Shown: positions 20,864-31,330 of the stretch, piece after piece
Layout of the letters: every line of letters starts with the position of its first letter
How positions within the stretch are numbered: position 1 is the first letter of the stretch
NCBI GenBank assembly: GCA_000433875.1
Contig: HF993345.1
Span: 1-56,803, forward strand
DNA length: 56,803 bases
Source of the DNA: Firmicutes bacterium CAG:884
GTDB lineage: Bacteria; Bacillota_I; Bacilli_A; RF39; UBA660
Direction of reading: 5' to 3'
The notes under the pieces: generated by a model
The model's database searches: none
What the model was told of the DNA's origin: nothing
The model's input: only the letters and a program-made list of their open reading frames with translations
Translations under genes and position numbers: made by a program

Positions 20864-21592
20864 CTATTCATTTACTTCTGTTTCAGTTTGTTCACTTGAA
20901 ACTTCACTTTCTACAACATCTTCAACTGTTATATAATTTAATAATTCTTCAGTTTCATTTACTTTTCCTGGAGTTTTAATAGAAGTTTTAATAAATACTA
21001 AACCTTCTTTTGCTCCTGGAACATTTCCTTTAATTAAGATGCAGTTATTTTCTTTATCAACTTTTACTACTTCAAGATTTTGAATAGTTACAGTTAATAC
21101 ACCCATATGACCTGGTAATTTTTTAGCTTTAAATACTCTCATTGGTCTCATTGTTCCCATTGAACCTGGTTTTCTGTGATAGTGAGAACCATGTCCCATA
21201 GGTCCGCGAGATTGTCCGTGACGAGTAATAACGCCTTCAAATCCGTGTCCTTTTGTAGTTCCTGTTACATCGACTACTTCGCCCTCTGTAAATGAATCTA
21301 CACTAATTTCATCGCCAACATTATAGTTAGCTACGTCTACACCTCTGATTTCTCTAAAGAAGCGCTTAGGTGTAGTGTTTGCTTTCTTGGCATGGCCAAT
21401 AATTGCTTTTGTCGCGTTTTTCTCTTTAATGTTTTCAAAACCTAATTGAATTGCTTCGTAACCATCGTTTTCTTTAGTCTTGATTTGTGTTACAACGTTT
21501 GGTTCAACTTCAATTACTGTTACAGGAATTAATTTTCCAGATTTTGTAAACACTTGAGTCATTCCTTTTTTACGACCTAAGATTCCTTTCAT
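20864..21592 (-). CDS. rplC: 50S ribosomal protein L3 (with an acidic C-terminal extension)
   Basis: [15 protein letters not shown]...[22 protein letters not shown]. It ends with a Glu/Ser/Thr-rich tail of about 30 aa. Confidence 0.96.
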   Translation of the reverse strand: MKGILGRKKGMTQVFTKSGKLIPVTVIEVEPNVVTQIKTKENDGYEAIQLGFENIKEKNATKAIIGHAKKANTTPKRFFREIRGVDVANYNVGDEISVDSFTEGEVVDVTGTTKGHGFEGVITRHGQSRGPMGHGSHYHRKPGSMGTMRPMRVFKAKKLPGHMGVLTVTIQNLEVVKVDKENNCILIKGNVPGAKEGLVFIKTSIKTPGKVNETEELLNYITVEDVVESEVSSEQTETEVNE

Positions 21593-21600
21593 ATTTCCTC

Positions 21601-21909
21601 CTATAATTTAATTTGGATGTCAACTCCACTTGGAACATCAACATGTTTTAATGCGTCAATTGTTTCCTTACTTGGATCAATAACATCGATTAGTCTTTTG
21701 TGTGTTCTTTTTTCAAATTGCTCACGTGAATCCTTATCTTTGTGAACAGCCCTTAAAATTGTAATTTTTTCAACATCAGTTGGTAATGGTACAGGTCCAC
21801 TTACTTTTCCGCCTGTTCTCTTAACTGTGTCAACAATTTTAGCACATGCTGTGTCCAAACTTTTATGTTCATATGCTTGTAATTTGATGCGAACTTTAGT
21901 TTTTGACAT
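21601..21909 (-). CDS. rpsJ: 30S ribosomal protein S10
   Basis: [19 protein letters not shown]...[13 protein letters not shown]. The start is trimmed to the ATG behind a GAAGGAGG SD. Confidence 0.96.
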   Translation of the reverse strand: MSKTKVRIKLQAYEHKSLDTACAKIVDTVKRTGGKVSGPVPLPTDVEKITILRAVHKDKDSREQFEKRTHKRLIDVIDPSKETIDALKHVDVPSGVDIQIKL

Positions 21910-22037
21910 TTCGTATCCTCCTTCGCCTATATCTAAGTACAGACTCGCTCCGTGCAAAAACCCGATATTCAGTTTAATTTTTACTAGCAACTTAACCTGG
22001 TGTATCGACAACCTTGCACATCTCTGCGTTCCACACA
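21910..22037 (-). promoter_or_regulatory. 5' leader of the S10 operon (possible structured autoregulatory leader)
   Basis: About 125 nt lies between the predicted -10 box and the rpsJ ATG. It is clearly more G+C-rich than the flanking intergenic DNA. No structure was verified. Confidence 0.4.
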
Positions 22038-22043
22038 TCAATG

Positions 22044-22072
22044 ATTATAAGGGAAAATAAAAGAAAATGCAA
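22044..22072 (-). promoter_or_regulatory. Sigma-A type promoter of the ribosomal superoperon
   Basis: On the minus strand, TTGCAT (22067-22072), a 17-nt spacer and TATAAT (22044-22049). Confidence 0.75.
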
Positions 22073-22206
22073 GTTATTTTGAACATTTTTTTCATTTTTT
22101 TGCATTTTCTTTACTTTTTATTAATTTTCGGTAACCCACTTTCTAAAATATATGCATTGAAAAGAAGAACAATGAAAAAAATATAACATAAAAATAAATT
22201 AAATTA

Positions 22207-22237
22207 AAAACAAAATACATACAAAGTATTTTGTTTT
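22207..22237 (-). terminator. Intrinsic terminator after the LRR surface-protein gene
   Basis: 12-bp stem AAAACAAAATAC / GTATTTTGTTTT with T-rich flanks, just 3' of the stop at 22244. Confidence 0.7.
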
Positions 22238-22243
22238 ATTTTT

Positions 22244-25200
22244 CTAAGATACTACTGAACCTTTAGTTATTTTTGAACTCGTTGATTTCGTTAGTATCAT
22301 TTTATCAACTAAACTTGATGCAACGCTTGTATAGTTAAGTGTAATACCAACCCCTGTATTTTCTGAAGTCAAAGCAGCATTTGTAAACATTCCTGTACAA
22401 GTAGCGCTCGCACTTCTTATTGTAAGGGTGACATTTACACCTCTTGTATCTTTAAACATATAATTATAATTTGTTACTTTTGATGTATCAAATGAATCAT
22501 TTGCTATGCTTATACCAAGTAAATTACCGAAATTACTAAACATATATGATGAATCAGCTGGTGCATATATTTTCTCAGTACTTGCTATTGTTAATCTATA
22601 AAGGGTATTACCACTTGAATCGCTTCCTGATATCTCTAACCATGCATATACTTTTGCACTTTGATTGCTTGCGTATGATATATCCCAACATTTTGTTGAT
22701 TCAGTACAGTTATTTGGTTTATTAGTTAAGTTATCTTTTATGTTTATATTTCTAATATAATCTTTATATTGCCAGAAATATCTTAATGAATAAGAACCAC
22801 TAGAATTAACTTTATAGCCATTTTTTATCATCGTTACTGCATCAGCACCTATTACTGAGTCATCCGTTTTACCAAGAACAACATTAGCGCCCGATGTCTT
22901 AGTACTAACCATACTAGATGCTTTACTATATTTACCAGATGAATAATTTACAGTAATTTTTGAACCAGATACTGTTGCAGCATTCGTAAACACATTAGCA
23001 TGTGTACCATTAGTTGTCCTAATAGTAATTGTTGTAATCATTTTTGTACATCCGTTAAATGCATTATTAAAGTTTGTTACACTAGTTGTATCAAAATTAC
23101 TTAAATCAAGATTAGTTAAACTACTACAATTATAGAAAATGCAGTCCAAATTTGTAACTTTTGAAGTATCAAGATTTTTAATATTTAAACTAGCAAGATT
23201 AGAGCAATCTCTAAACATGCCTGACATATTTGTTACTTTGGATGTATTAAATCCACTCAAATCAAGACTAACTAAACCTGTACTTGCCCAGAACATATGA
23301 GAAATTGATGTTGCATTTGATGTATCAATTGTACTTAAATCAAGTGTTTTCATACTTTCTAAATATGAGAATAAATATTCCATATTTGTCGCACTCGATG
23401 TATTTATTGTACTTAAATCAAGCGAAGTTAACGAAGTAAGTTTTTAGAACATAAACTTCATATTTTCAACTTTAGAAGTATCAAAATGATCATTAAAGTT
23501 AATTGCAACCACATTTGTAAAACTATATAATAAAGCAGTACTATTAACTGGTGCATATATTTTAAGTGGACTAGCAATATATAAGTTATATAATGTATTA
23601 TTAGAACTATCTTTATATCCACTATCAATCATATAAGCAAATACTTTAGCATTTTGTGTTGAACTATAAGATATATCAAAGCATCTATTAGCTTCTGTAC
23701 AACTATTTGGTTTCTTACTTAAATAATCAGTAAATGTAATTGTTCTTATATAATCTCTATATGCCGGTTTCCATATTTCTGTTTTTAATGCATCATCACT
23801 ATTAAAACCATCCTTCATGTATGTAGGTGTTCCATCATCAAACACAACATTATCAATTGCATTTTTAGTTGCAACTATAGAAGCAGTTATTGTTTTAGCA
23901 GCATCAGTTGCCGTAACAATAATCGTTGCAGAGCCAACATTTGCTGAATTTTTAAACGCATCAGTATATTCTGTTATATTAGCATTAGATATTTTTATTT
24001 TCGTACTTAATTTAGCGCAATTATTAAACATATATGACATATTAGTTAAACTAGAAGTATCAAAGATACCTAAATCAAGTTTACTTAAGTTTGTGCATCC
24101 AGAAAACATAATGCTCATATCAGTTACTTTTGATGTATTAAAATTACTTAAATCTAAACTTGTTAAAGAAGAACATTTCCAAAACATCGCATTCATACTT
24201 GTTACTTTTGATGTGTTAAAATTACTTATATCCAAACTTGTTAAAGATGTACATCCGGAAAACATACTTACTAAAGATGTTGCTTGTGATGTATTAAAAC
24301 TACTTAAATCAATCAGAGATAATTTCGAGCAATTACCAAACATAGCACTAAAATTAGCTGCTTTAGTTGTGTTAAGATTTGATACATTTATACTTTTTAA
24401 AGATGAACATCCATAAAACAGACTATGTACTGATAATACGTTTGATGTATCAAAACTGCTTATATTTACCGATTGAAGAGATGTACAACTATCAAACATT
24501 GCTCCTATATTTTCAACTGCAGTAGTATTAAAACTAGATAAATCCAAATTAACTAGTGATGAATCTTCCGTAAACATCATAAGCATTGTTTGTGTCTTTA
24601 CTGTATTAAACAAATCATTAAAATTAATAGATACTAAATTAGTAAACTGTCCAAATAATTTATAACAATCTGTTGGTGCCATTATTTCATAATCACTTAC
24701 TATATATAAATTGTATAATGTTTTAGTTGAATCAGTTTTATCTTTCAAACCACTATCTATTAAATAACCATATACCTTTTTAGTTTGTGTTGTACTAGCG
24801 GATATATCCCAACATAAATTAGCTTCATTGCAAGTACTTGGCAAGTTACTTAAATTATTTTGAAATGTAATAGTTCTTATATATGGTCTATAAGTATCAT
24901 TCCAAAATTCAGTACCACTTTTTCCATTTTTCATATCAGCGCCATTTACAGTTCTACTCTTTAAAACCAAATTAGCAGATATCGTTTTTCCAATAAATAA
25001 AGAATCATTTTCATCACTAACACTACCATCCCAATACCAATAGATTGTAACACTATCAGTCTTAGTATCAGCAGCATTAAAATACTTTGTATAATTATTA
25101 AACGGACTCACATTATCATCAGCTGCCAAAAATTTAAAACCATCAGGTAAGCTAACCCTTTCAATATTTATACTATACTGAGCATCACTAGAAGTATCAG

Positions 25201-25468
25201 GCATATTAACATTAACCTTAAAACTTCCCTTATCATACGGTTTTAAATTACTACCCAAATTAATTTTAGTATTTGATATAGCATCACTAGTAATATTAAA
25301 ATTATATGTAGCAGTACTAGCAGTTATCGTTCCATTTGCGCCGAATCTATAATAAGCAATCGTACCAGAAAGGCTTATCATCAAAAGCAATACCATACAC
25401 ATGAAACCATAAAATCTTTTATTGTTTGTAAAAATACTATTTTTTTTCAAATTTTTTTTCATTTTCAT
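22244..25468 (-). pseudogene. DUF285/BspA-type leucine-rich-repeat surface protein with a TasA/camelysin-like N-terminus, split by one in-frame TAA
   Basis: ORFs 23444..25468 and 22244..23383 share a frame. My translation across the gap is ...VENMKFMF*KLTSLTSLDLSTINTSSATNMEYLF..., so the roughly 25-aa LDLSxFNTSxVTxMxxMFxxC repeat continues unbroken through the TAA at 23444..23446. There is an N-terminal signal/TM segment and an INLGSNLKPYDKGSFKVNVN block. Confidence 0.75.
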
Positions 25469-25533
25469 TGCAACACCTTATTCTAAAATAATTCTACCAT
25501 TTTAATTAAATTAATTCAAGACTTTTTCAATAT

Positions 25534-25983
25534 TTATCTATTTAATATAAATACTTGATAATTTAAATAAAAAGCAAATAATAACCATAATATATAAGGT
25601 ATTTGTAAATAAAAAGCTTTTTTATCAATTTTAAAATACTCTATCATCATTAATATAACAAAAAGAGTTAAAATAACTAACCATATCAAAGCAATCAAAT
25701 ATTCCTTAGCATTAAAAAATATAAAAGGCCATATTAAATTTATACCTAAACCTATATAATATATTAAATTAGGAACCTCTTTTTTACCATTTTTATTTAT
25801 CAAATAATTTGATACCCCAAGTAATATATATAATATAGTCCAAACAATCGGAAAAACAATCTTTGCCGGACTCAAAGTAGGTTTGATTATATTATCATAC
25901 AAATTAGTTTTAATTAATAAACTAGTTAAAAAACCCAAACCCAAAGGAATTATAATAGCTTTTATCAAATCTTTAACTTTCAC
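25534..25983 (-). CDS. tspO: TspO/MBR family tryptophan-rich sensory protein
   Basis: 149 aa with five TM segments, plus the PIVWTILYILLG and NLIWPFIFF blocks. Confidence 0.75.
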   Translation of the reverse strand: MKVKDLIKAIIIPLGLGFLTSLLIKTNLYDNIIKPTLSPAKIVFPIVWTILYILLGVSNYLINKNGKKEVPNLIYYIGLGINLIWPFIFFNAKEYLIALIWLVILTLFVILMMIEYFKIDKKAFYLQIPYILWLLFAFYLNYQVFILNR

Positions 25984-26046
25984 ATTATCACCCTTATAAT
26001 TATATGTATTTTTTCAAATATTATAAAAAGGAAAGTCAAAACTTTC

Positions 26047-26580
26047 CTATTTTACTTTATAATTCGATATTTTCCATTCATCATTTTCTCTTTCAAGTTC
26101 AAATGGATTAGTAGTTAAAGAAGAATTCTTACACTTTTCATTTTCCATCTTTGTACATTTATATAACAAAATATTATATTTTATTTTATCCTCAGTAATT
26201 GATATTTCCGTATAATTAATCTCATCATAATCAGCCTTTGTCCTAGGTAAACTACTAGAATAATAAACATCATCCTTAAATAAAACATTATTATCTTCAT
26301 TATATTTATCTAACATTTTTTTCGTATATATACCAGTTAACTCCTGATAATTTGAAAGCGTATAATATCTCTTTTCATTCTCATATATAGTAGGCATTGT
26401 ACCCGTTATTTCCGTATAAGAATCCTCCATTTGTTTATATCTTTCCTTAATAATTTCAAGAGCCTGTTCACTAGTAACTATATTTTTTTCATTCTTAGTT
26501 TGAGGTTCAACCCTCACTTCTTTATATAAACTGCATCCTGTTAGTAAAAGGATAGCAGGGATCGCTAATAACTTTTTCAT
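26047..26580 (-). CDS. Lipoprotein of unknown function
   Basis: Signal peptide with lipobox LLTGC (MKKLLAIPAILLLTGCS). Confidence 0.7.
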   Translation of the reverse strand: MKKLLAIPAILLLTGCSLYKEVRVEPQTKNEKNIVTSEQALEIIKERYKQMEDSYTEITGTMPTIYENEKRYYTLSNYQELTGIYTKKMLDKYNEDNNVLFKDDVYYSSSLPRTKADYDEINYTEISITEDKIKYNILLYKCTKMENEKCKNSSLTTNPFELERENDEWKISNYKVK

Positions 26581-26638
26581 CTTTATTTCCTTTCATTTTC
26601 TATTAGCATTATATAATATTTTTATTTTTTTGTAAATA

Positions 26639-29179
26639 CTATACTCCCTTTTTATACCCTTTTATTTTAAGTAAATACTTTCTAAGCCAATCAAAAGGTA
26701 CAACCGTTAAAGCAATAAAAATTAAACTAATAAACTCATTTACATCAAGACCATAAGTTCTAAAAACATTACCCCCAAAATATATAATAATTACCTGAAT
26801 AGTTGCAATAAAAATAATTATCCCCAAAAATACCGGGTTTTTTTTAATATCTGCTAAAATATTTATCCTACTAGTCCTTGCATTAAAACTATTAAAAATT
26901 GTAATCAAAATAAATAACGTAAAGAAACCCGTCATAAAATATTTATTTTCCGGATCAAACCTAAACATTGTTTTAAATAATGGAACCCTCAAAAATAAAA
27001 TCAATAAAAGTGAAGAATAAAGACCAGTTAAAACAATTTCATTTATCATATAACCATTTAATATTTTTTCACCTCTTTTTTTAGGCTTTTCTTCCATATA
27101 TTCAATTAAAGGCGGTTCATAAGAAAAAGCAAGACCAGCTAAAGTATCCATAACCATATTAATCCATAACATTTGTACAACCGTTATCGGTGATTCAATA
27201 TTTATAAAAGGACCAATTATAGATATCGTAAGAGCACATATATTAACAGTTAACTGAAATATTATAAATTTCCTTATCGACTTAAAAATCGTTCTCCCAA
27301 ACAAAATAGCTTTCGTTATCGACAAAAAATTATTATCTAAAATAATTATATCACTAGCTTCCTTAGCAACCTCAGTTCCCGATCCCATTGAAAACCCAAC
27401 ATCAGCCTTTTTTAAAGCCGGAGCATCATTTATTCCATCACCAGTCATTCCTGTTACATATCCCATACTTTGACTAATCTTAACAAGCCTACTCTTATCG
27501 CTAGGAAGTGATCTAGCAACAACCCTAAGTTTCGGAATAATTTGTCTAACCTCATCATCGCAAAGACTATTTAATTCATCACTAGTTATAACATACTCCC
27601 CAGCCTTTAACATATTTAATTCTTTGGCAATACTAGAAGCTGTAACCTTACTATCACCCGTTATCATAATCGTTCTTATACCAGCTTTATCAACCAATTC
27701 TAAAGCTTCTTTAACATTTTCTCTCGGCTCATCCCGAATAAGCGCAAAGCCTTGCAAAATTATATCATCACTCTTCTTAATACCAAGCATTACAATCCTT
27801 ATACCCTTATTTGATAGTTCATTCAACTTATCAATCATTTTATCTTTATTAAGAATAACTCTTTCATAACCAAACTTATTTATATATTTAGTAGATTTAA
27901 TAAGTAACTTTTCATAAGCACCCTTTATGTATGTCCTTTCACTCGTTGTTACGCTAGAATATTTCTTACTAGACGAAAAAGCCTCCTTACTAATTATAAC
28001 CTTATTACTGTTTTCTCTAATAAACTCCTTCAAAGCCCTATCTGTAGCATTCGATCCAATCGCTAAATGCGTTTCATTTGAATAAACACTATCATTATTT
28101 AAAATAATATTTTCTTTTAACAACTTATTTTGAATTATCTCAGGATACCCCTCTATCTCTAAATTAGGACTCATTATTCCAACAACCTCTAATTTTCCCT
28201 TAGTTAAAGTACCCGTCTTATCAGTAAACAAAATATTTAAACTCCCTGTTGTTTCTATACCCGTTAACTTCCTAACTAAAACATTTGATTTCAACAATTT
28301 TTTCATATTAGAAGACAAAACTAAAGTAATCATCATCGGCAATCCCTCTGGAACTGATACAATAATAACTGTTACACATAAAGTTAAAGCATGCAATATA
28401 TAACCCGATATAACTCTAAAATTAGTTAATGTTTCCATTATATTAGAATAGTTAAAATTATTATGAATTACAATTACATTAAATAAATAAGAGATCGCAA
28501 CTAAAGAGGCACCTATATAGCCAATCTTACTTATTGTCTCTGCCAAACACCTTAATCGTGTCTTAAGTGGACTTTCTTCAGATTCAATTTGTAATTCCTG
28601 AGCTATTTTACCATAAGCAGTATTATTTCCAACATCCGTAATATGAATAATAGCCTTACCTTCAGTAACAATAGTTCCTCTATATAATTTATCATTAAAA
28701 GATTTTAACTTTTCTTTAGTCTCACCATTTATTAATGATTCATCAACATAAACCTTCCCTTCAACAACATTACCATCAGCTGGAACCTTATCACCGCTTT
28801 CCAAAATTATAATGTCACCCTTAACAATCTCATTCGTTTTGACTTCCATAACCTTCTTATCTCTAACAACCTTAGACTCAATCATACTAGCTTCTTTTTC
28901 AAGTTTTTCAAAAGCCTTTTCACTCCCATATTCTGAAATAGTTGAAACAATAGATGCTAGAAGAATTGAAGCAACAATTCCGATTGTTTCATACCAATCA
29001 AAATCTTTAAGCAAAAAAACAATCTTAACAGCTAAAGCAATCAATAAAATCCTAATTATCGGATCACCCAAATTATCAACAAAGATGTTAATGATTTTTT
29101 TATTTTTAGTTTTAGTAATTTCATTAGTACCATATTTTTCTCTTGACTTCTTAACTTCCTCATTAGTTAGTCCATTCAT
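26639..29179 (-). CDS. P-type ATPase, Ca2+-transporting (P2A/P2B-like)
   Basis: DKTGTLT phosphorylation site, TGDS, GDGINDAPALKKADVG, and an N-terminal cation-ATPase motif GLTNEEVKKSREKYGTNE. The ATG at 29179 follows SD GGGTGA. Confidence 0.9.
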   Translation of the reverse strand: MNGLTNEEVKKSREKYGTNEITKTKNKKIINIFVDNLGDPIIRILLIALAVKIVFLLKDFDWYETIGIVASILLASIVSTISEYGSEKAFEKLEKEASMIESKVVRDKKVMEVKTNEIVKGDIIILESGDKVPADGNVVEGKVYVDESLINGETKEKLKSFNDKLYRGTIVTEGKAIIHITDVGNNTAYGKIAQELQIESEESPLKTRLRCLAETISKIGYIGASLVAISYLFNVIVIHNNFNYSNIMETLTNFRVISGYILHALTLCVTVIIVSVPEGLPMMITLVLSSNMKKLLKSNVLVRKLTGIETTGSLNILFTDKTGTLTKGKLEVVGIMSPNLEIEGYPEIIQNKLLKENIILNNDSVYSNETHLAIGSNATDRALKEFIRENSNKVIISKEAFSSSKKYSSVTTSERTYIKGAYEKLLIKSTKYINKFGYERVILNKDKMIDKLNELSNKGIRIVMLGIKKSDDIILQGFALIRDEPRENVKEALELVDKAGIRTIMITGDSKVTASSIAKELNMLKAGEYVITSDELNSLCDDEVRQIIPKLRVVARSLPSDKSRLVKISQSMGYVTGMTGDGINDAPALKKADVGFSMGSGTEVAKEASDIIILDNNFLSITKAILFGRTIFKSIRKFIIFQLTVNICALTISIIGPFINIESPITVVQMLWINMVMDTLAGLAFSYEPPLIEYMEEKPKKRGEKILNGYMINEIVLTGLYSSLLLILFLRVPLFKTMFRFDPENKYFMTGFFTLFILITIFNSFNARTSRINILADIKKNPVFLGIIIFIATIQVIIIYFGGNVFRTYGLDVNEFISLIFIALTVVPFDWLRKYLLKIKGYKKGV

Positions 29180-29252
29180 TATTATCACCCAATAAAGTCT
29201 ATTAAAAATAGAGCAATTATTGTTTAATTTTAATCGACAAAAAAAGCATATA

Positions 29253-29921
29253 TTACTTTTCCAAAATATATACTTTATTTTTCTCTACTTTTTTACCATT
29301 AACCAAGGCATCATCAGCTTCCTTCATACATTTATCAATATCATTTTGTAAAAAAGAAATTCCAAACGTCATACTAACTTTAACCTTTTCTATTTTATCA
29401 TCATTAAGACATCTTAAATTATAAAAACCAGAACAAATCATTTTTCTTATACTATCAATTCTATTATAACAACTATCTAAATCTGTATTTTTAAATAAAA
29501 TAACAAATTCATCTCCCCCAAAACGACCAACTAAATCCGTTTGTCTTATATTTTGTTTTAAAATAGAACCAATACCACGAATAACTTTATCAGTTTCTAT
29601 ATGTCCATATTTTTCATTATAATACTTTAAGTTATCAATATCTCCAAAAATAACAACACAATTATAAGCATTATTTATTTTATTAATTTCTTCATAAAAA
29701 GCCTTCTTTGTTAAAGTGCCCGTAAGCATATCAATTCGATTGTTATCTTTCGAATATGAAACCATATAATATACTTTATCACCTATAACAATTTCCTTTT
29801 TTGAAGACAATACCTGTTCTTTACTAACTAAACGGTTACTATAAACAACTCTACCATAACTATTATATATAAGAATAGTATCTTCAATATTATTTAAAAC
29901 AATCCTAAATAACTCTTCCAT
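29253..29921 (-). CDS. GGDEF-domain diguanylate cyclase (short N-terminal PAS-like segment)
   Basis: GRFGGDEFVILF active site, with an RQTD (RxxD) I-site five residues upstream. Confidence 0.85.
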   Translation of the reverse strand: MEELFRIVLNNIEDTILIYNSYGRVVYSNRLVSKEQVLSSKKEIVIGDKVYYMVSYSKDNNRIDMLTGTLTKKAFYEEINKINNAYNCVVIFGDIDNLKYYNEKYGHIETDKVIRGIGSILKQNIRQTDLVGRFGGDEFVILFKNTDLDSCYNRIDSIRKMICSGFYNLRCLNDDKIEKVKVSMTFGISFLQNDIDKCMKEADDALVNGKKVEKNKVYILEK

Positions 29922-29961
29922 AATTACTCCCCTTTAACAAGCTAATATATTAGCACATATC

Positions 29962-29993
29962 AAAAAAAATACCAAATCAAAATGGTATTTTTT
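29962..29993 (-). terminator. Intrinsic terminator
   Basis: On the minus strand, AAAAATACCA-loop-TGGTATTTTT followed by a T run, directly after the stop of ORF 29995..31173. Confidence 0.7.
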
Positions 29994-29994
29994 A

Positions 29995-31173
29995 TCATTC
30001 ATTCTTTATAAGTAAATCAAACATCTTCATTAAATCTTCTTCATTTAACTCTTCGATCTTATCTTTAGTACTATATTTTATAAAATTAGAACAAGTTATT
30101 GTTTTATTAATATTAAAACTATTTGTCTTAAGTAAATCCATTATAGTTATCTTTATATTACTTATAATACCATCCTTAGCATCATCCAAATAGCCATCTA
30201 TCTCTCTTATATTATCATTATCTTTTTTTATCCTATTATTTCCAAATAACTTCTTTCTTACAACCATAAACTCTTTATCTAAAATAATATCTTTATCAAT
30301 TAATTTATTAATATAATTATTATAATTTTCTAAATCATTTTTCAAATTCGTTGAATATAATATTTCACTAGTTGAATTTACTACATCACCTAATTTAATA
30401 AACAAATTATTTATAAAATCTTTTAAATACTTATCTAAAGGATCAATTATTTTATCAAGTGAAACTAAAGTAATCTTATTATGAATTCGTACATTTTCCT
30501 TAAAACTATCTAATATTTCCTCCGTTTTCTTAATCGTTTTAAGCTCAAGTTCACTAGTCATATCACTAGAAACCTTAACTAAATACTTTTTAGCATACCC
30601 CATTAAAAATGAAGTATTAATTTCATATTTATTAGGATTTTCCTTACTCTTATATAACATTATTTCATTATATTTTTTAATAACAATCTTTTTATTATTT
30701 TCTAAAATATCATTTAAAACTTTATTAATAAAAATAATTGTTTTATTTTCTTCATCACTTATAATTTGTTTAACATTTTTATACGAATAAGCATCCAATC
30801 TATTTTGAACAGTCAAGTTATAAAGCATTAATTCAAATAAACCCTTTACTTCTTCCCTTACCTCAACATTTTTACTATCTATATTAATTGAAATGATATT
30901 CTTTTGCAAAAACATTATATCATCAGGTTCATTCTTAATATTAAAAACAAGATTTTTTTGAACAAAATTGTTAATATTTACAATCTTTTGATAAAACTTA
31001 TTAACAATAGGGACTATATCTATTTCATAATTTAATTCAATATTTTCTTTTAATAATTTATTTTTAATTTGATCAGTACTAATATTTATTTGTTCATTTA
31101 TTTTATTAATAACATTACTCTTTTCATCAAGTAAATTCAAATTAATTTGTTTAAACTCTTCCTTAATATCCAT
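29995..31173 (-). CDS. Hypothetical Asn/Ile/Lys-rich coiled-coil protein
   Basis: 392-aa ORF behind SD AAGGAGGG, with no motif I recognise. Confidence 0.55.
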   Translation of the reverse strand: MDIKEEFKQINLNLLDEKSNVINKINEQINISTDQIKNKLLKENIELNYEIDIVPIVNKFYQKIVNINNFVQKNLVFNIKNEPDDIMFLQKNIISINIDSKNVEVREEVKGLFELMLYNLTVQNRLDAYSYKNVKQIISDEENKTIIFINKVLNDILENNKKIVIKKYNEIMLYKSKENPNKYEINTSFLMGYAKKYLVKVSSDMTSELELKTIKKTEEILDSFKENVRIHNKITLVSLDKIIDPLDKYLKDFINNLFIKLGDVVNSTSEILYSTNLKNDLENYNNYINKLIDKDIILDKEFMVVRKKLFGNNRIKKDNDNIREIDGYLDDAKDGIISNIKITIMDLLKTNSFNINKTITCSNFIKYSTKDKIEELNEEDLMKMFDLLIKNE

Positions 31174-31330
31174 AATCCCTCCTTATGCAAAAAGGACTTT
31201 TCAAGTCCAAAATAAACACCTTTACTAGCTATGTTTATATACCACTATAGCTAAAGCATTATGGTTAGTGTATGCTCTAGTATACACGTAACACTATAGT
31301 AGTATTCATCTATTAATAATGTAACACATT
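31174..31330 (-). promoter_or_regulatory. Structured leader with a terminator hairpin immediately upstream of the SD (candidate attenuator or riboswitch, class unknown)
   Basis: The minus strand has three hairpins in series. First, GTTACGTGTAT...ATACACTAAC. Second, TAGCTAT...ATAGCTA. Third, GGACTT-GAAA-AGTCC plus T5, followed by GCATAAGGAGGGATTATG. Confidence 0.4.

Noticed and set aside
23817-24416. A 199-aa plus-strand ORF lies opposite the LRR gene. Similar antisense ORFs occur at 1810..2037, 4594..5016, 27624..27869, 28812..29195 and 34372..34896.
   Set aside because: They are antisense shadows of repeat-rich or AT-rich coding sequence. The minus-strand products carry clear domain signatures (DUF285, P-type ATPase, DUF368).
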